This document shows, one piece after another, positions 1 to 10,890 of a stretch of 48,067 nt of DNA. Origin of the DNA: a virus. Its lineage: Duplodnaviria > Heunggongvirae > Uroviricota > Caudoviricetes. A program made the translations under genes and the position numbers. The notes under the pieces were generated by a model. It made no database searches. It was not told the origin of the DNA and was given only the letters and a program-made list of their open reading frames with translations. Numbering within the stretch: the stretch's first letter is position 1; the number at the start of each line of letters is the position of its first letter. The stretch spans positions 136,935 through 185,001 of IMG/VR virus record IMGVR_UViG_3300010163_000004; one strand, 5' to 3'.

Positions 1-1167
1 AATTACTATCTGTTTCCAGACGACTGGGCTTATAAAGAAGATGGTGAAATCCCATCTGTCTTAGACGGAACTGATGGAACAGTAAGAGTTAATACTCCTA
101 AATTTTATGGAAAATCTGGCAGCAACGGAAACAAAAGATGGGTTAGAACTTCTACTGTCAAAATTGATGATTCATGGGTAGAAATCCCTGAACTATTAAT
201 AGATGCATACAGAAGTACAGTTGACACCACAGTCTCTGCAACTCCAAAAGCTGTATCAGTAGTTAATACTACTACTGCATTTAGAGGTGGAGGAAATAGA
301 GCTAACTACGATGATTATCTAACTACAGAATTAGAAACTAAGGATATATTCAGAAGTGATTTAGGAAAGCCTAGAACTAATATTTCTAGAGCTACTATGA
401 GAACATATGCAACAAATGCTGGTTCGGAATTGCTATGCTATGAATATTACAAATGGATATTCTACTGGAATTATGTTATCGAATATGCTAATTTTAATTC
501 TTAGGCTGCATATAATGCAGAGTTAACTGCGGATGGGTATCATCAAGGGGGTTTGGGACCTGGAGTTACAGATTGGGCTAACGCAGCTACAAGTTGGTCA
601 GGGTATAATGCAACATATCCACTTACACCTTGTGGTTACTGCAATGAATTTGGTAACTTCACTGGAGTAAAAGATTTAGTTATTCCAGAATGTACAGCTC
701 AAGATGGCACAAATACAGTAGCAACTCATACATTTAAAGTACCTCGCTGGAGAGGATTCGATAATCCGTTTGGAGATATTTGGACTAACTTAGACGGAGT
801 AGTTATAGTAAGAGCAGCTGCTAATGAGATTAGCACTGTCTATACAACTACTAACGTATCGGAATTTACAGACGTAGTTGGAGAAAAAACCGTTGCAGGA
901 TACGAAGTAGCATCTGATGGTTATACTAAGGCATTTGATTTAGGTGAAACCGCTGAAATAATTCCGTCCGCTGTTGGAGGAAGTGCTACTACTTATATTT
1001 GCGATTACCATTACTGCAACGCAAGCAGCACAGCGCTTCGCACGCTGCGGGTGGGCGGCAACGCGGGGCATGGCGGCAATGCGGGTCTCGGCTGTTTCAG
1101 TTCTGACTGTGACGTCGGTATTGCCTATTCCTCTGTCGGGTTCAGGACTCTGAATAGAGTATCTTAA
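1..1167 (+). CDS. DGR target protein (5'-truncated by the window); tail-fibre/Mtd-like protein with C-terminal C-type-lectin-fold variable domain
   Basis: Frame 1 is open from base 1 except for one TAG (502-504, NFNS-Q-AAY) and ends at TAA 1165-1167. The C-terminus LRVGGNAGHGGNAGLGCFSSDCDVGIAYSSVGFR matches the CLec-fold pattern of DGR targets and contains the VR. Confidence 0.9.
1045..1143 (+). repeat. DGR variable repeat (VR)
   Basis: Ungapped 99-bp alignment to 1246-1344 with 24 mismatches, 21 of them at TR adenines. Confidence 0.95.
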
Positions 1168-1185
1168 GATATACAATATAAAAAT

Positions 1186-1204
1186 CGATTTAGATGATAA
1201 ATCG
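1186..1204 (+). other. Small hairpin downstream of VR (candidate DGR homing hairpin)
   Basis: CGATTTA-GATGA-TAAATCG: perfect 7-bp stem with a 5-nt loop, about 20 nt after the target stop codon. Confidence 0.5.
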
Positions 1205-1245
1205 TAGGATATTACTTCTAAAAACCGTTGATTGGCAAAAAAGTA

Positions 1246-1344
1246 CTGCTAGTAGGCAGCAACGCGAATAATGGCAGCAATGCAGGTCTCAGCTATTTCA
1301 ATTCTAACAATGACGTCAGCAATGCCAATTCCAATGTCGAGTTA
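1246..1344 (+). repeat. DGR template repeat (TR), non-coding
   Basis: AAT/AAC-rich copy of the VR (ctg cta gta ggc agc aac gcg aat aat ... aat gtc gag tta), located between the target and the RT. Confidence 0.95.
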
Positions 1345-1485
1345 TTATATATTTAGAAAACATTTTATTATTTTTTTTTAGTTTGCTAAGTAATATCCTT
1401 GCCTCTAGGCAAAAGATAACGTAGTGTTGAATGAAGGGTGTTAGTAGGTTAATTCTCGAACGCTTCCGATGAAATATATAAAAAA

Positions 1486-2760
1486 TTGAAACGTGTAGGA
1501 TATTTGCACGAGAAAGTATACGCTGAAGATAACATCGAGCTAGCTGACAATAAAGCTAGAAGAAATAAGTCTATTAGATGTGAAATCAAGCAGCATGATA
1601 AGAATAGATTAAAAGAAAATAAGGAATTATCCAATAAGTTAAGAGATTTGATTTATCAAACCTCTGAATACAGTACCTTTATAATATATGAACCTAAAGA
1701 AAGATTAATCTTTAGACTTCCATACTATCCAGATAGAATAACTCACCATGCTATAATGAATATTATGGAGCCTATTTGGACTAGTATATTTATAGACCAA
1801 ACATATTCCTCTATACGAAATAGAGGTATTCATAAAGTAGAGTATGATTTGTTTAAGGTGTTATAGAAACATCCAGAAGAAACAAAGTATTGCTTGAAAA
1901 TGGATATAAAAAAATTCTATCCTTCTATAACTCATGACATTCTATACAAAATGTTGTAGAGAAAGATAAAGGATAAAAAACTATTAAAACTGTTAAAAGA
2001 AATAATCTATTCAGCGAAGGGAGTTCCTATTGGAAATTATCTATCACAATTCTTTGCAAATTTATATCTGACATATTTTGACCACTGGGTAAAAGAGGAG
2101 TTAAAATGTAAGTACTACTTTCGATATGCTGACGATATTGTGATTCTTGGTAATGACAAGAATTATTTGAGAAATGTATTAGTATCTATAAAACTATATT
2201 TGAAACAGGTTCTTAACCTAGAGTTGAAGCCTAATTATCAAATATTCCCTGTAGAAAGCAGAGGTATTGATTTCGTAGGCTATAAATTCTACCATACTTA
2301 TATTCTATTGAGAAAATCTATAAAAATGAGAATGTTTAGGCTTATAAATCTATATAAATAGAATAAGATTGATAAAGATGAATTGAATAGAAGAATGAGG
2401 TCTTATTTTGGATGGATGAAATTTTGTAACTCTAAGAACTTGCTGAGAAAGGTAGAGGAGTTAACTGGATTGAAATTCTCTAACTGGAATGGAAAAGAAG
2501 TTAACATATCTAAGTTTTATAATAAATATATTCACATTGTAGAGGTTGTTGATTATGACAATCATTTTCGAGTGCATTTCATGTATAACAATAAACCCTA
2601 CTATTTTAAAAGTAAGAATAGGAGATTGCACTATTCTTTGCTTAGATACAAATTTCCTATAAATTTTAAAATAACACCTTATGTTGGAGCCGAATAGAAT
2701 ACAAATGGACGTTTATCCTTAGACGATCCAAAAACTTGGGAATGGTACTTATTACTATAA
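1486..2760 (+). CDS. DGR reverse transcriptase with C-terminal extension (424 aa with TAG=Gln)
   Basis: TTG start, MKRVGYLHEK N-terminus, IYEPKERLI..LPYYPDRITHHA, LKMDIKKFYPSI, GVPIGNYLSQFFAN, YFRYADD (YADD at 2125-2136), GIDFVGY, SYFGW. In-frame TAG at 1864, 1957, 2359 and 2695; first TAA at 2758. Confidence 0.93.
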
Positions 2761-3058
2761 CTATGATATAAAAGAAATTAGTGTTAAAGTATCTGATTTA
2801 GATAATACCGTAAAAGAAAAAACTTACTATAGTTTTATATAGGTATTAATAAACGGATAGCCTAATTACAAAGATTGTGTAAAAGCTATAGTTAGAAGAT
2901 TCCTTACGGTTGATGAAGAATTTGATTTAATCAATTCATATAATAGTTATTCAGAAAATCTTATTTCTGACTCTGAAGTTATTAACGAATACAAAGAATA
3001 TCTTAACATATTAAAATAGATAAAAGCTAAAGTCAAAGAAGATTTTGCTAAAATATGA
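2681..3058 (+). CDS. Hypothetical protein, 125 aa (MLEPNRIQMDVYPQTIQKLGNGTYYYNYDI...)
   Basis: Open with 4 TAG read-throughs, ends TGA; the ATGA overlap couples it to the next gene. Confidence 0.75.
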
Positions 3059-3276
3059 TATATAGAAATGGTAAGTTAATATTACAGGTCCAAAAAGATA
3101 TTCTAGAACTTGTAGAACAAGTTTAGCAAAGAGTACAAAAGAACATTGGAGCTATATATAAAGGGTCGTAGTTAGTCTGGCTTACCGTATACGATGCTGT
3201 TAGAAGCTGTTTTGGTAGCGGAACTTGGCTACAAGACAGACCTTGGTTAAAAGATGATTCATGGAAAAATAATTGA
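3055..3276 (+). CDS. Small hypothetical protein, 73 aa (C-terminal SCFGSGTWLQDRPW motif)
   Basis: ATG overlaps the upstream TGA; two TAG; ends TGA. Fills the gap before the giant gene. Confidence 0.7.
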
Positions 3277-3286
3277 TTTGTAAAAA

Positions 3287-6200
3287 ATGGCAAAATTTGA
3301 AAATTTACCTAATCAGATTACAGATTTAGCAACAGAATGGGATGGACATTCTGGAATGGAGGTTGAGGATTTCATAAGCCGAAAAATAGAGAAGACAGAG
3401 GGATAGGACATAGTAGATGCGTCATATAATTCTTCTACTAGCATCCTTACTCTTCTTAAGAGTAATGGAGATAAGGTAGAAACTGAAGTATCAGTTATTC
3501 CTCCTACGTACTCTTACGGTATTATGGTATACGGAGTAATGTTAGACAATAAGACTGACAAAATCTACACCGAAGCTAATAGTTCTCTTTTAATGCAATA
3601 CAACTCTGATAGAAATGTTAAGGTTGGTATTGCAATGTATGCCGTTGCTACTACTTCTGTAACAACAGATAGAATTGGACCTTTCAATGTTAAGATTAGT
3701 TATGGAACTCAATCTGGAACATTTAGAGTAAACAATATTAAATACAACTAGTGTATTATTGATCCTTCTACTGGAGCAATTACTGGAGTTAATGTATCAT
3801 CAGAGGAATTAATTGATACTCTAGCTTGGATAGATATTACTGAGTTATTTACTAAAACTTAGTCTGCTAAGAAAATTACTGCCCAGGTAATAGATGACCC
3901 TAAGGTAGAAGATACTTTAGACCTTCCAATTACTACTGAAGTAATTACTCTTAATTACAATGGAGAAGTTGTCTTGAGTAACAACTTAGTTAATTTCTCT
4001 CTAACTGGAGGGACAACCAGTAATTATCACTTAGAAGGATTTAATAACGGCTCTGCATTTTCTACAAGTGGAGGAGTATTGAACTATTCTAGTTTAGCAT
4101 CAGGACTTAATCAATTAGCTGTAAAGGCAGTTCACAATACTGAGAGTTCTATTTATACAGACTATATTTATGTAGATATTATTTACACATATAATTGTGA
4201 AGAAACAGTCGTTGCTATTAATGGAGTAAGCAATGGTATTGCGAATAATGGTGTGGCTACCCTGTATGAGTTAACAGTATTTAGTCCCGATAATAGTTCT
4301 ATGGCTATAACTACTTATCTAGAGAATGAAATGCCAGACTCTGAAAGTATGAACCCTACTGAAATCATGAAATATGAAGTTATTAGCGCTTCATCTTACA
4401 ATGAATAGGGAGTCTACGATACTTCGTATAAAAAGTATATAGAGATAAATAGTAGCGATTCTGAAAAATATTTAGTAATTAAAGTGGACGAAACTTACTA
4501 TAAGTTCTATACTGTATTTACTAATAGCTTAGGATAGACTACCGCCTATACAAGCAACTTCAAGACTATGAGAGTAGAGGCAGTGAATCCAGAATTTATA
4601 TATTCGTAGGATATAGCTCCTTCTAAGAACTTTGACTAGATTGAAGGCTACTTAAATGATATTTTTGTTACTGACGAATATGCTACTGGTTCAAATCCAG
4701 CTACAGTAATATCAGACTTAGAATCGTCAGACGGATGGTAGGAAGAAGATGGACGTACTATATTTAAAGTATCTGCGCAGGATAATCCTATACTAAAATC
4801 ACCTCTAAGTTTAGGATTAGGAAATAACTTTACTATTGAATTAGGATTTAAAACTTATAATATTAGTGATGAAAGCAAACCAATAGCTACGATAGGAAAC
4901 TTCTAGTTAAGACCTACTCAATTCTGTTGGAATACCGAGGATAACGACTTATTTAGTGCCAGAAATGCTCAATTCCAAGAAGGAGTGGAGACTCATGTAT
5001 TGGTAACTGTATAGAAAGGTTTTATTATCTCTAAGAGTGATATTTACTATCCGAACTTCCTAGCTAGCTTCTAGAATGCTTTTGATTAGGCAGCTCCTAC
5101 TACTAGCATTAACTTAGTTAGAATATATGTGAATGGAGTAATTGATAGAGAAATTTCTTTAACAGATTCTGAACTTAATACGTTTGCTTCTGCAGCATTG
5201 TAGATTAATCCTACAACTGCTGATATTGATTTTTATCTATTCAGAGTATATAATAGTACTGCTCTTACCTTCAATCAGGTTTAGAAAAATTATCTCTCTT
5301 TCTTGAAAGAAAAGACCTCTAAAGAAGAGTTCTTTGACAAGAACGATATTCTTGGAACTAATGGAGAAATCTCTTTTAGTAGAGCTAATAGTAAATATAA
5401 TACTTTGGTATATGTATTCCCAACTGGAGCTAAATTCCCACATAGGGCTTGGGGAGGTGAAGATAATGAAACTCCTCCGCAAGAAACAGCATAGAAAAAA
5501 TCTCCGGTAACTTTATTTGTTAATTATGCTAACTCTTCTGTTAATAACTTATACGGAGGTAGATTAACTCATGGCCAAGTAAAGGGACAAGGTTCCTCTG
5601 CAATGAGATACTTAATTTGGAATGTTACCTATGCTTTAAATAAATTAAAGGATTAGGAAGGATAGAAAATAAAGAGTCAGTTTACTCCATACTCTTAGTT
5701 AGATACAGAGACTAATACGTTTAGAGAAGATGCTTCTTCTACAAGGGGCTACTACGTAATGCCCCCTTATGATGGACAGCAAGATACTACTGCATATAAG
5801 ATAACTAAATTAGTAGGTAAAGTGAACTTTGCTTCTTCTATGTAGTCTCATAAGATTGGCTCTTGCAAATTATTTGATGATGCCTATAAAGAATCTAGAG
5901 GAAATTTAATTTCAGGAGGATAGAAAGCCGTGCATGAAGAACCATTCCTATACTTCTACTGGGAAACTGATTTAGAAGATGTTTCTACTATAGAACTAGC
6001 AGATTTGTTAGATAATGATGAATCTATCAAATTTATGGGATTCCAAACTTGGGGAGCAGGTAAGGGAGACGATGCTTCCAGCGGATATGACAAAGATATA
6101 ACTCCTGAATATCTAATGCTAGAAGGTGGTGAAAACACTGACCCATCTGTAAACTTTAGACGTCCTTGGTAGGCTCTTCAAAGAGCCTCCGGTGTACTTG

Positions 6201-9200
6201 GAGAAGATACTTATGGACTAACTAATCAACCAACTATAACCTATGCTAATTCTTTACTTCGTCCTTGGGATAATCTTCTAATCGAAGATGAATCTGTTGT
6301 ATATGATTAGAGAGGAGCTTGGGATATTGACTATGGTTGTGAAGAAGTAGAAAGTGATAGTGGAAAGACATACTTCCAATTTGCTGAATCAGTACATGAA
6401 TCTTTAAAGAAATTTAGAGAGTTCTATGACTTCGTTTATACACATGATTACAACATGGTTCAGACAAGTGCTACTAGTCCTTCTGGATGGGATGTAACTA
6501 AAAAGTACATTGTAACAGCTAGTACTTGTACACTGAATCCGACTAGTCATAAGTCTGGAGATATTTATCGTTATGATGATATTAATGGAACTTGGGTATG
6601 CGCGGGAGTAAGTTATGAATCTGCTACTGGATGGGCTAGAGCTAACATCTACGAGTTAGCTGGAACAAGTAGTGCTTTAGGCATTCCTGCTGCATTAGAT
6701 GCAATGAAAGCTAATTTCATTACAGGAATTAAAAACTATATAGAGGTAAACGATATTGCTTTCCATTAGGCTTTCATTAAGTTTGTATCCGGAACTGACA
6801 ATAGAGCTAAAAATACATATTTCTAGATTATTGGAAAACTAAGAGAAGCAAACGCAGAAGGAGAATTTGTTGAGAGTGATAAGGGAGATTATCTAGTTAG
6901 ACTTATTGGAGACGACTTAGATACTATCTTAGTAACTGATAATAACGGTCTTCAGTCTAAACCATATAATCTGTTAGAGACTTCCTATAGAGAGGCCGAC
7001 TCAGCATATTGGGGAGATGCTAACAATGTATTCTTCTATATGTTTGACCAATGTTTCGAATCTGAAATAAAAACATATTTAGCAAGTGTTATAAATACTG
7101 CATTTAAGAACAGTAATAGTATGGAAGATAAATCAAATTACTTCTACAAAGTGTTCTTTAATGTTCAAGAAACGTTCCCAGCAGTAGCATATAACCATAC
7201 AGCTAAGATATACTATGAAAATGCTTAGGCTATTAAAAATTCTAAGGTACTTTCATATTATAGTAACAACGAGATTGAACCTATTGAACAAAGCCACGGC
7301 TCTTGCCTAGCTTGTGAGAAATAGTTCATGACTAAGAGATTTGCATTCCTTTCTACTTATGCATAGACTTCCTTAGGAGCTATTGCATTGAGAACTGCAA
7401 GTTCTGCAGGTAGTGGTGATACTCTAAGATTAAGAATGGAGTTTGAGCCATATTAGGATTGCTATCCTGTATACCATTACAATGGTAAAAACCTTTATCT
7501 ATCTAATTTCTAGATATCTAACTTCGATGCAATTAAGAATTTAGCATAGACAGGAAATAGTTATATAGCCGAAATCAATCAAGGAGATCCTGCAATTAAC
7601 CAAGGTATATACTTAACTACTTTATATAAGAAGTTAAATATTCTAGGTTTAAAGATGTCTACTATTGACGCGGATTTTGCTAGAGCTACTGAGTTCCAAA
7701 TTGATAATGCTGAGTTAGACAATTATACTAGTCTATTCCCAAGCAATTATCCGGACTTAGCTATCAGCTTATTTACTCCTTCATTCCCAGTGTTAGAGAG
7801 CTTAACTCTTAGAAATATGACACTTCCTACAGAAATGGATTTGTCTAAGTTCTTAAAGTTAGAGACTATAGACTTATCTAAGACTACTACTAAGAGTGTA
7901 GTATTCCCACAAACTGGTAGATTAAAGAATGTAATTCTTCCTGATACTATAGAAACATTTAGAATCTATGATAATTCAGGGTTAACCGATATTACATTTG
8001 AAGGATTGAATAATTTATCAACGGTATATATTGACTGCGATAATGTAGGAGGTTTTGATGTAGCTAATTTCTGCGAATAGTTGATTAACTGCAATGCTCT
8101 TCAGTCAGTAACTATTAGAAATGCTAATCTGTATATAACAGAAGATGCACTAAGAAAGATGATTCTTACTAATACTTGTAACTTAACTGGAGATATTTAC
8201 ATTGTAAATACTGCAGGAAGTACTTAGTTGAAGGCTATTAGCTTTGCTACAAAGCAGTTATTAGTTAATACATTTGGAGACATTTCTAGTTCTTCTTCTA
8301 AGATTAGAATCCATTTCCAAAGTGCTGAAATTATTGATTTTAATTGTGCTGGAGAAGTATCAGTATATTATCAAGCAGGAGAGTCCGGAACTATTGTTCG
8401 TCAAAATCTATTTGATATTACAGTAGATTCTGGTAATGATGTTGAAATAAAATCTGGAACCAACCCTTATAATCCGTCAGTAAATGGATACTTAGATATT
8501 ACCTACTCTATGTCAGGAGTATCAACTGATATTGCTACTATTGATTAGACTGGTGCTATTACCTTGAAGAAGGAATCTAGTAGTACTGCTACGGTAACTA
8601 TCAGTATGAAGGTTGCTAATAGTGGAACTCCTATTAGAAAAACTGTTAAAGTAAGCTTCGCTTGGAAAGCTCCTTAGCTTGGAGACTTTGCATATGCAGA
8701 TGGTACGTTTACTAGCTCCTTTGATGCTACCAAGACTTTAGTTGGTCTAGTATACGCAAAGGATGAAAGTGATGATACGTCTGGAGTAGTTTATATCATT
8801 GGTAAAGAATATACTGATGAAGAAAAGTCTTACTACTTAGGATATAGTAACGAAGGAGATGCTGGAAGTTCTGATGAGATGTTGAAACAATTATATTAGG
8901 TACAAGCATATTTAAATAATGTTTCAATATCTAATTATGATGTAATATAGGGTACTGCTTCCCAGACTTTAATAAATGAGATTAACGTAAATACATATGA
9001 CATATAGGTAAATACATCATTTGCTGGGGAATCAGATACTGATAAATATATTGAAAGTGTAGATAGTAAATTATTGCCAGTTCTATATAATAATTCAGCT
9101 TGTAAACCTTACATAAGTAGAAGACAGGTTTCTTCTGATGGAGCTACATATTGGAAGTACTTTATTGAAACTCTTGAAGATTTAAATAACCTCTGTGAAG

Positions 9201-9796
9201 CTATTAGAACAGCATGGTCTAATGCATCTAGTACAGATATAATGAGTTGTTTATTATATCCTTATTTCTATAGCATGAGGTTATATGAACCTAAAGTTAA
9301 TGATGGTGAAACGTTAAATCCAGCTTACCAAAGAGGAAAATGGTATGCTCCATCTGTTGCAGAATTATCTAGAATTATTTACTATAGAGGTTATAGTGTT
9401 TCTGGAAATAATTTTAATACAGGCGATATGGTAAGATAGCCGATTAGTACTTCTGTTTCTAATGGAGGTGGGGTATTAACTACTCCTATTTTCTCAATCG
9501 CTTATTCTAGAGCGACAAATCAATTCCCAGCAGTTTGGAGTACTATTGTAGGTTCTGGAGATAACTCTGGAGCAAACAATATTACTACATCTATTAATGC
9601 TTCTTCTACTAATAATTACTCTTATTAGAGAACTACTACATGGAATTATCCAGATATAACATATAAAAATGAATGGATTGTAGGAGCCAAAAATGATTTA
9701 ACTGGTTGGGGAGATTCTGCTTATTAGAATGCTTGGAGATTAACTAAACATTAGGGAGTACCGTTTACTAAATTTAATTATTCTAAGAATGGCTGA
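3287..9796 (+). CDS. Giant putative virion/tail protein, 2169 aa: LamG-like, CotH-kinase-like, leucine-rich repeat, Ig-like and C-terminal lectin-like regions
   Basis: Nine track ORFs (3524, 3974, 5303, 5930, 6455, 7040, 7655, 8228, 9074) share one frame and end in TAG. Motifs: FTIELGFKT/VRIYVNGVID (LamG-like); KGQGSSAMRY, KVNFASS, DNRAKN, GDDLDT (CotH-like); LESLTLRNM..LETIDLSKT (LRR); WYAPSVAEL. Ends TGA overlapping the next ATG. Confidence 0.8.
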
Positions 9797-10304
9797 TAAT
9801 TTCATGCAAATAAGTCACGATAATCGTTATTATGTAATTAATAAGGATGACTCTTTGAAATCCTTACTCACTCACGAGGAGCTGTTAAGGCTCCCCCTGA
9901 GTGTTTGGAAGGAGTTATTTGAGCGAAAAGATGGAGTATGTTATTTTAAATTAATGCTTCTAGTTTTAGAAGCAACTATTAAAGCATATGATAAATCATC
10001 TAACGTTAATTCGTTCTATTATAACGACAAAGAGTATTGGTTAGATAAAGCTACTAGAGTCGGGCTACAAAATTTAGCTAATTGTAGTACTGGTAATATG
10101 TCTTTAGTTCTTGGTAGTGAAATAATCGAATTACCAGTAGACAAGGTAAAAGAATTTCTGGCTTAGCTGGAGGTGTACGCTGGGAAATGTTATGTAAACA
10201 CAACTCAACATCTATTAGCTATAAAAGAGCTTAAGACAGTTGAAGATGTTATAAAATATAATTATACTTCTGGGTATCCAGATAAGATTACGTTAAATGA
10301 ATGA
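9789..10304 (+). CDS. DUF4376-like protein (tail-fibre associated), 171 aa
   Basis: WLDKATRVGLQNL..., then after the TAG at 10164: LEVYAGKCYVNTTQH...YNYTSGYPDKI; ends TGA. Confidence 0.75.
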
Positions 10305-10890
10305 AAATTTAGAAAAGGATAAAATATAGCTAGGGAATGAAAAGCCCTAGCTACTTCCTTCTAAATCATTACTTAATACTATAAAGCTTGGCTATGATAC
10401 TAAGCCAGTCCCTCCACCTCCTAAAAATCATATTGATTTTATAGAAGGGGATTCTGTGATGACTACCATAAGTACAGGATTTGAGCATAATGACAAGCCA
10501 GTCCCTCCACCTCCTGAAATCAACCTTAGCTGTAAAACTCCGAAACATAAAAATCCAGATTCAGTTATAGGAAGTGTAGATACAGGATTTGGATGTGATA
10601 ATTAGCTTATTAGAGAATGTCCAAAACCAAAATATAAAACTCATTTATGTAAAGAAAATTATTTAGGCGAGTTTAAAACAGAATCTGAGAAGACGCTAGC
10701 TAGAACTAATCTAGGAGTTTATAGTAAAGAAGAAATAGATAGAATTGTAGGTCAAATTGTGGAAAACAATAACAACAATTTTATCACTAAAAAGGAAGTT
10801 CAGAATATGATAGCTGACTTAGATTTTGTAGATTCTACACTAAAATCTTATGTAGACTACCAAATACCTAATAATTTATTTAAATTATGA
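10297..10890 (+). CDS. Hypothetical tail-associated protein, 197 aa, with duplicated KPVPPPP motif
   Basis: Open with 3 TAG, ends TGA overlapping the next ATG. Exact 21-bp repeat at 10402-10422 and 10495-10515. LGEFKTESEKTLARTNLG resembles a tail-fibre motif. Confidence 0.75.

Larger units (their letters stand above)
1045..2760 (+). mobile_element. Diversity-generating retroelement cassette (VR - hairpin - TR - spacer - RT)
   Basis: VR/TR pair with adenine-specific divergence lies directly upstream of a DGR-type reverse transcriptase. There is no room for an avd gene between target and TR (78 bp). Confidence 0.93.

Noticed and set aside
940-1176. Minus-strand 78-aa ORF over the VR
   Set aside because: Shadow of the GC-enriched VR; no coding context on the minus strand.
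885-1230. 11-nt match AAAAACCGTTG at 885 and 1220 as an extension of the VR/TR homology
   Set aside because: Not collinear with the 99-bp alignment and short enough to occur by chance.
1486-2760. RT as a group II intron, retron or Abi RT
   Set aside because: The adjacent TR/VR pair with adenine-specific mismatches and the MKR.G.L.EK start identify it as DGR-type. I saw no maturase/HNH region or intron domain V.
4686-4700. tRNA T-arm-like CTGG-TTCAAAT-CCAG (possible suppressor tRNA)
   Set aside because: No acceptor, D or anticodon stems can be formed around it, and it lies within a coding frame (ATGSNPA).
9300-9796. C-terminus of the giant protein as a second DGR target
   Set aside because: It has a lectin-like WYAPS.AEL motif but no nucleotide similarity to the TR.
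10402-10515. 21-bp direct repeat as a CRISPR mini-array
   Set aside because: Only two copies, in frame, encoding KPVPPPP; no cas genes or leader.
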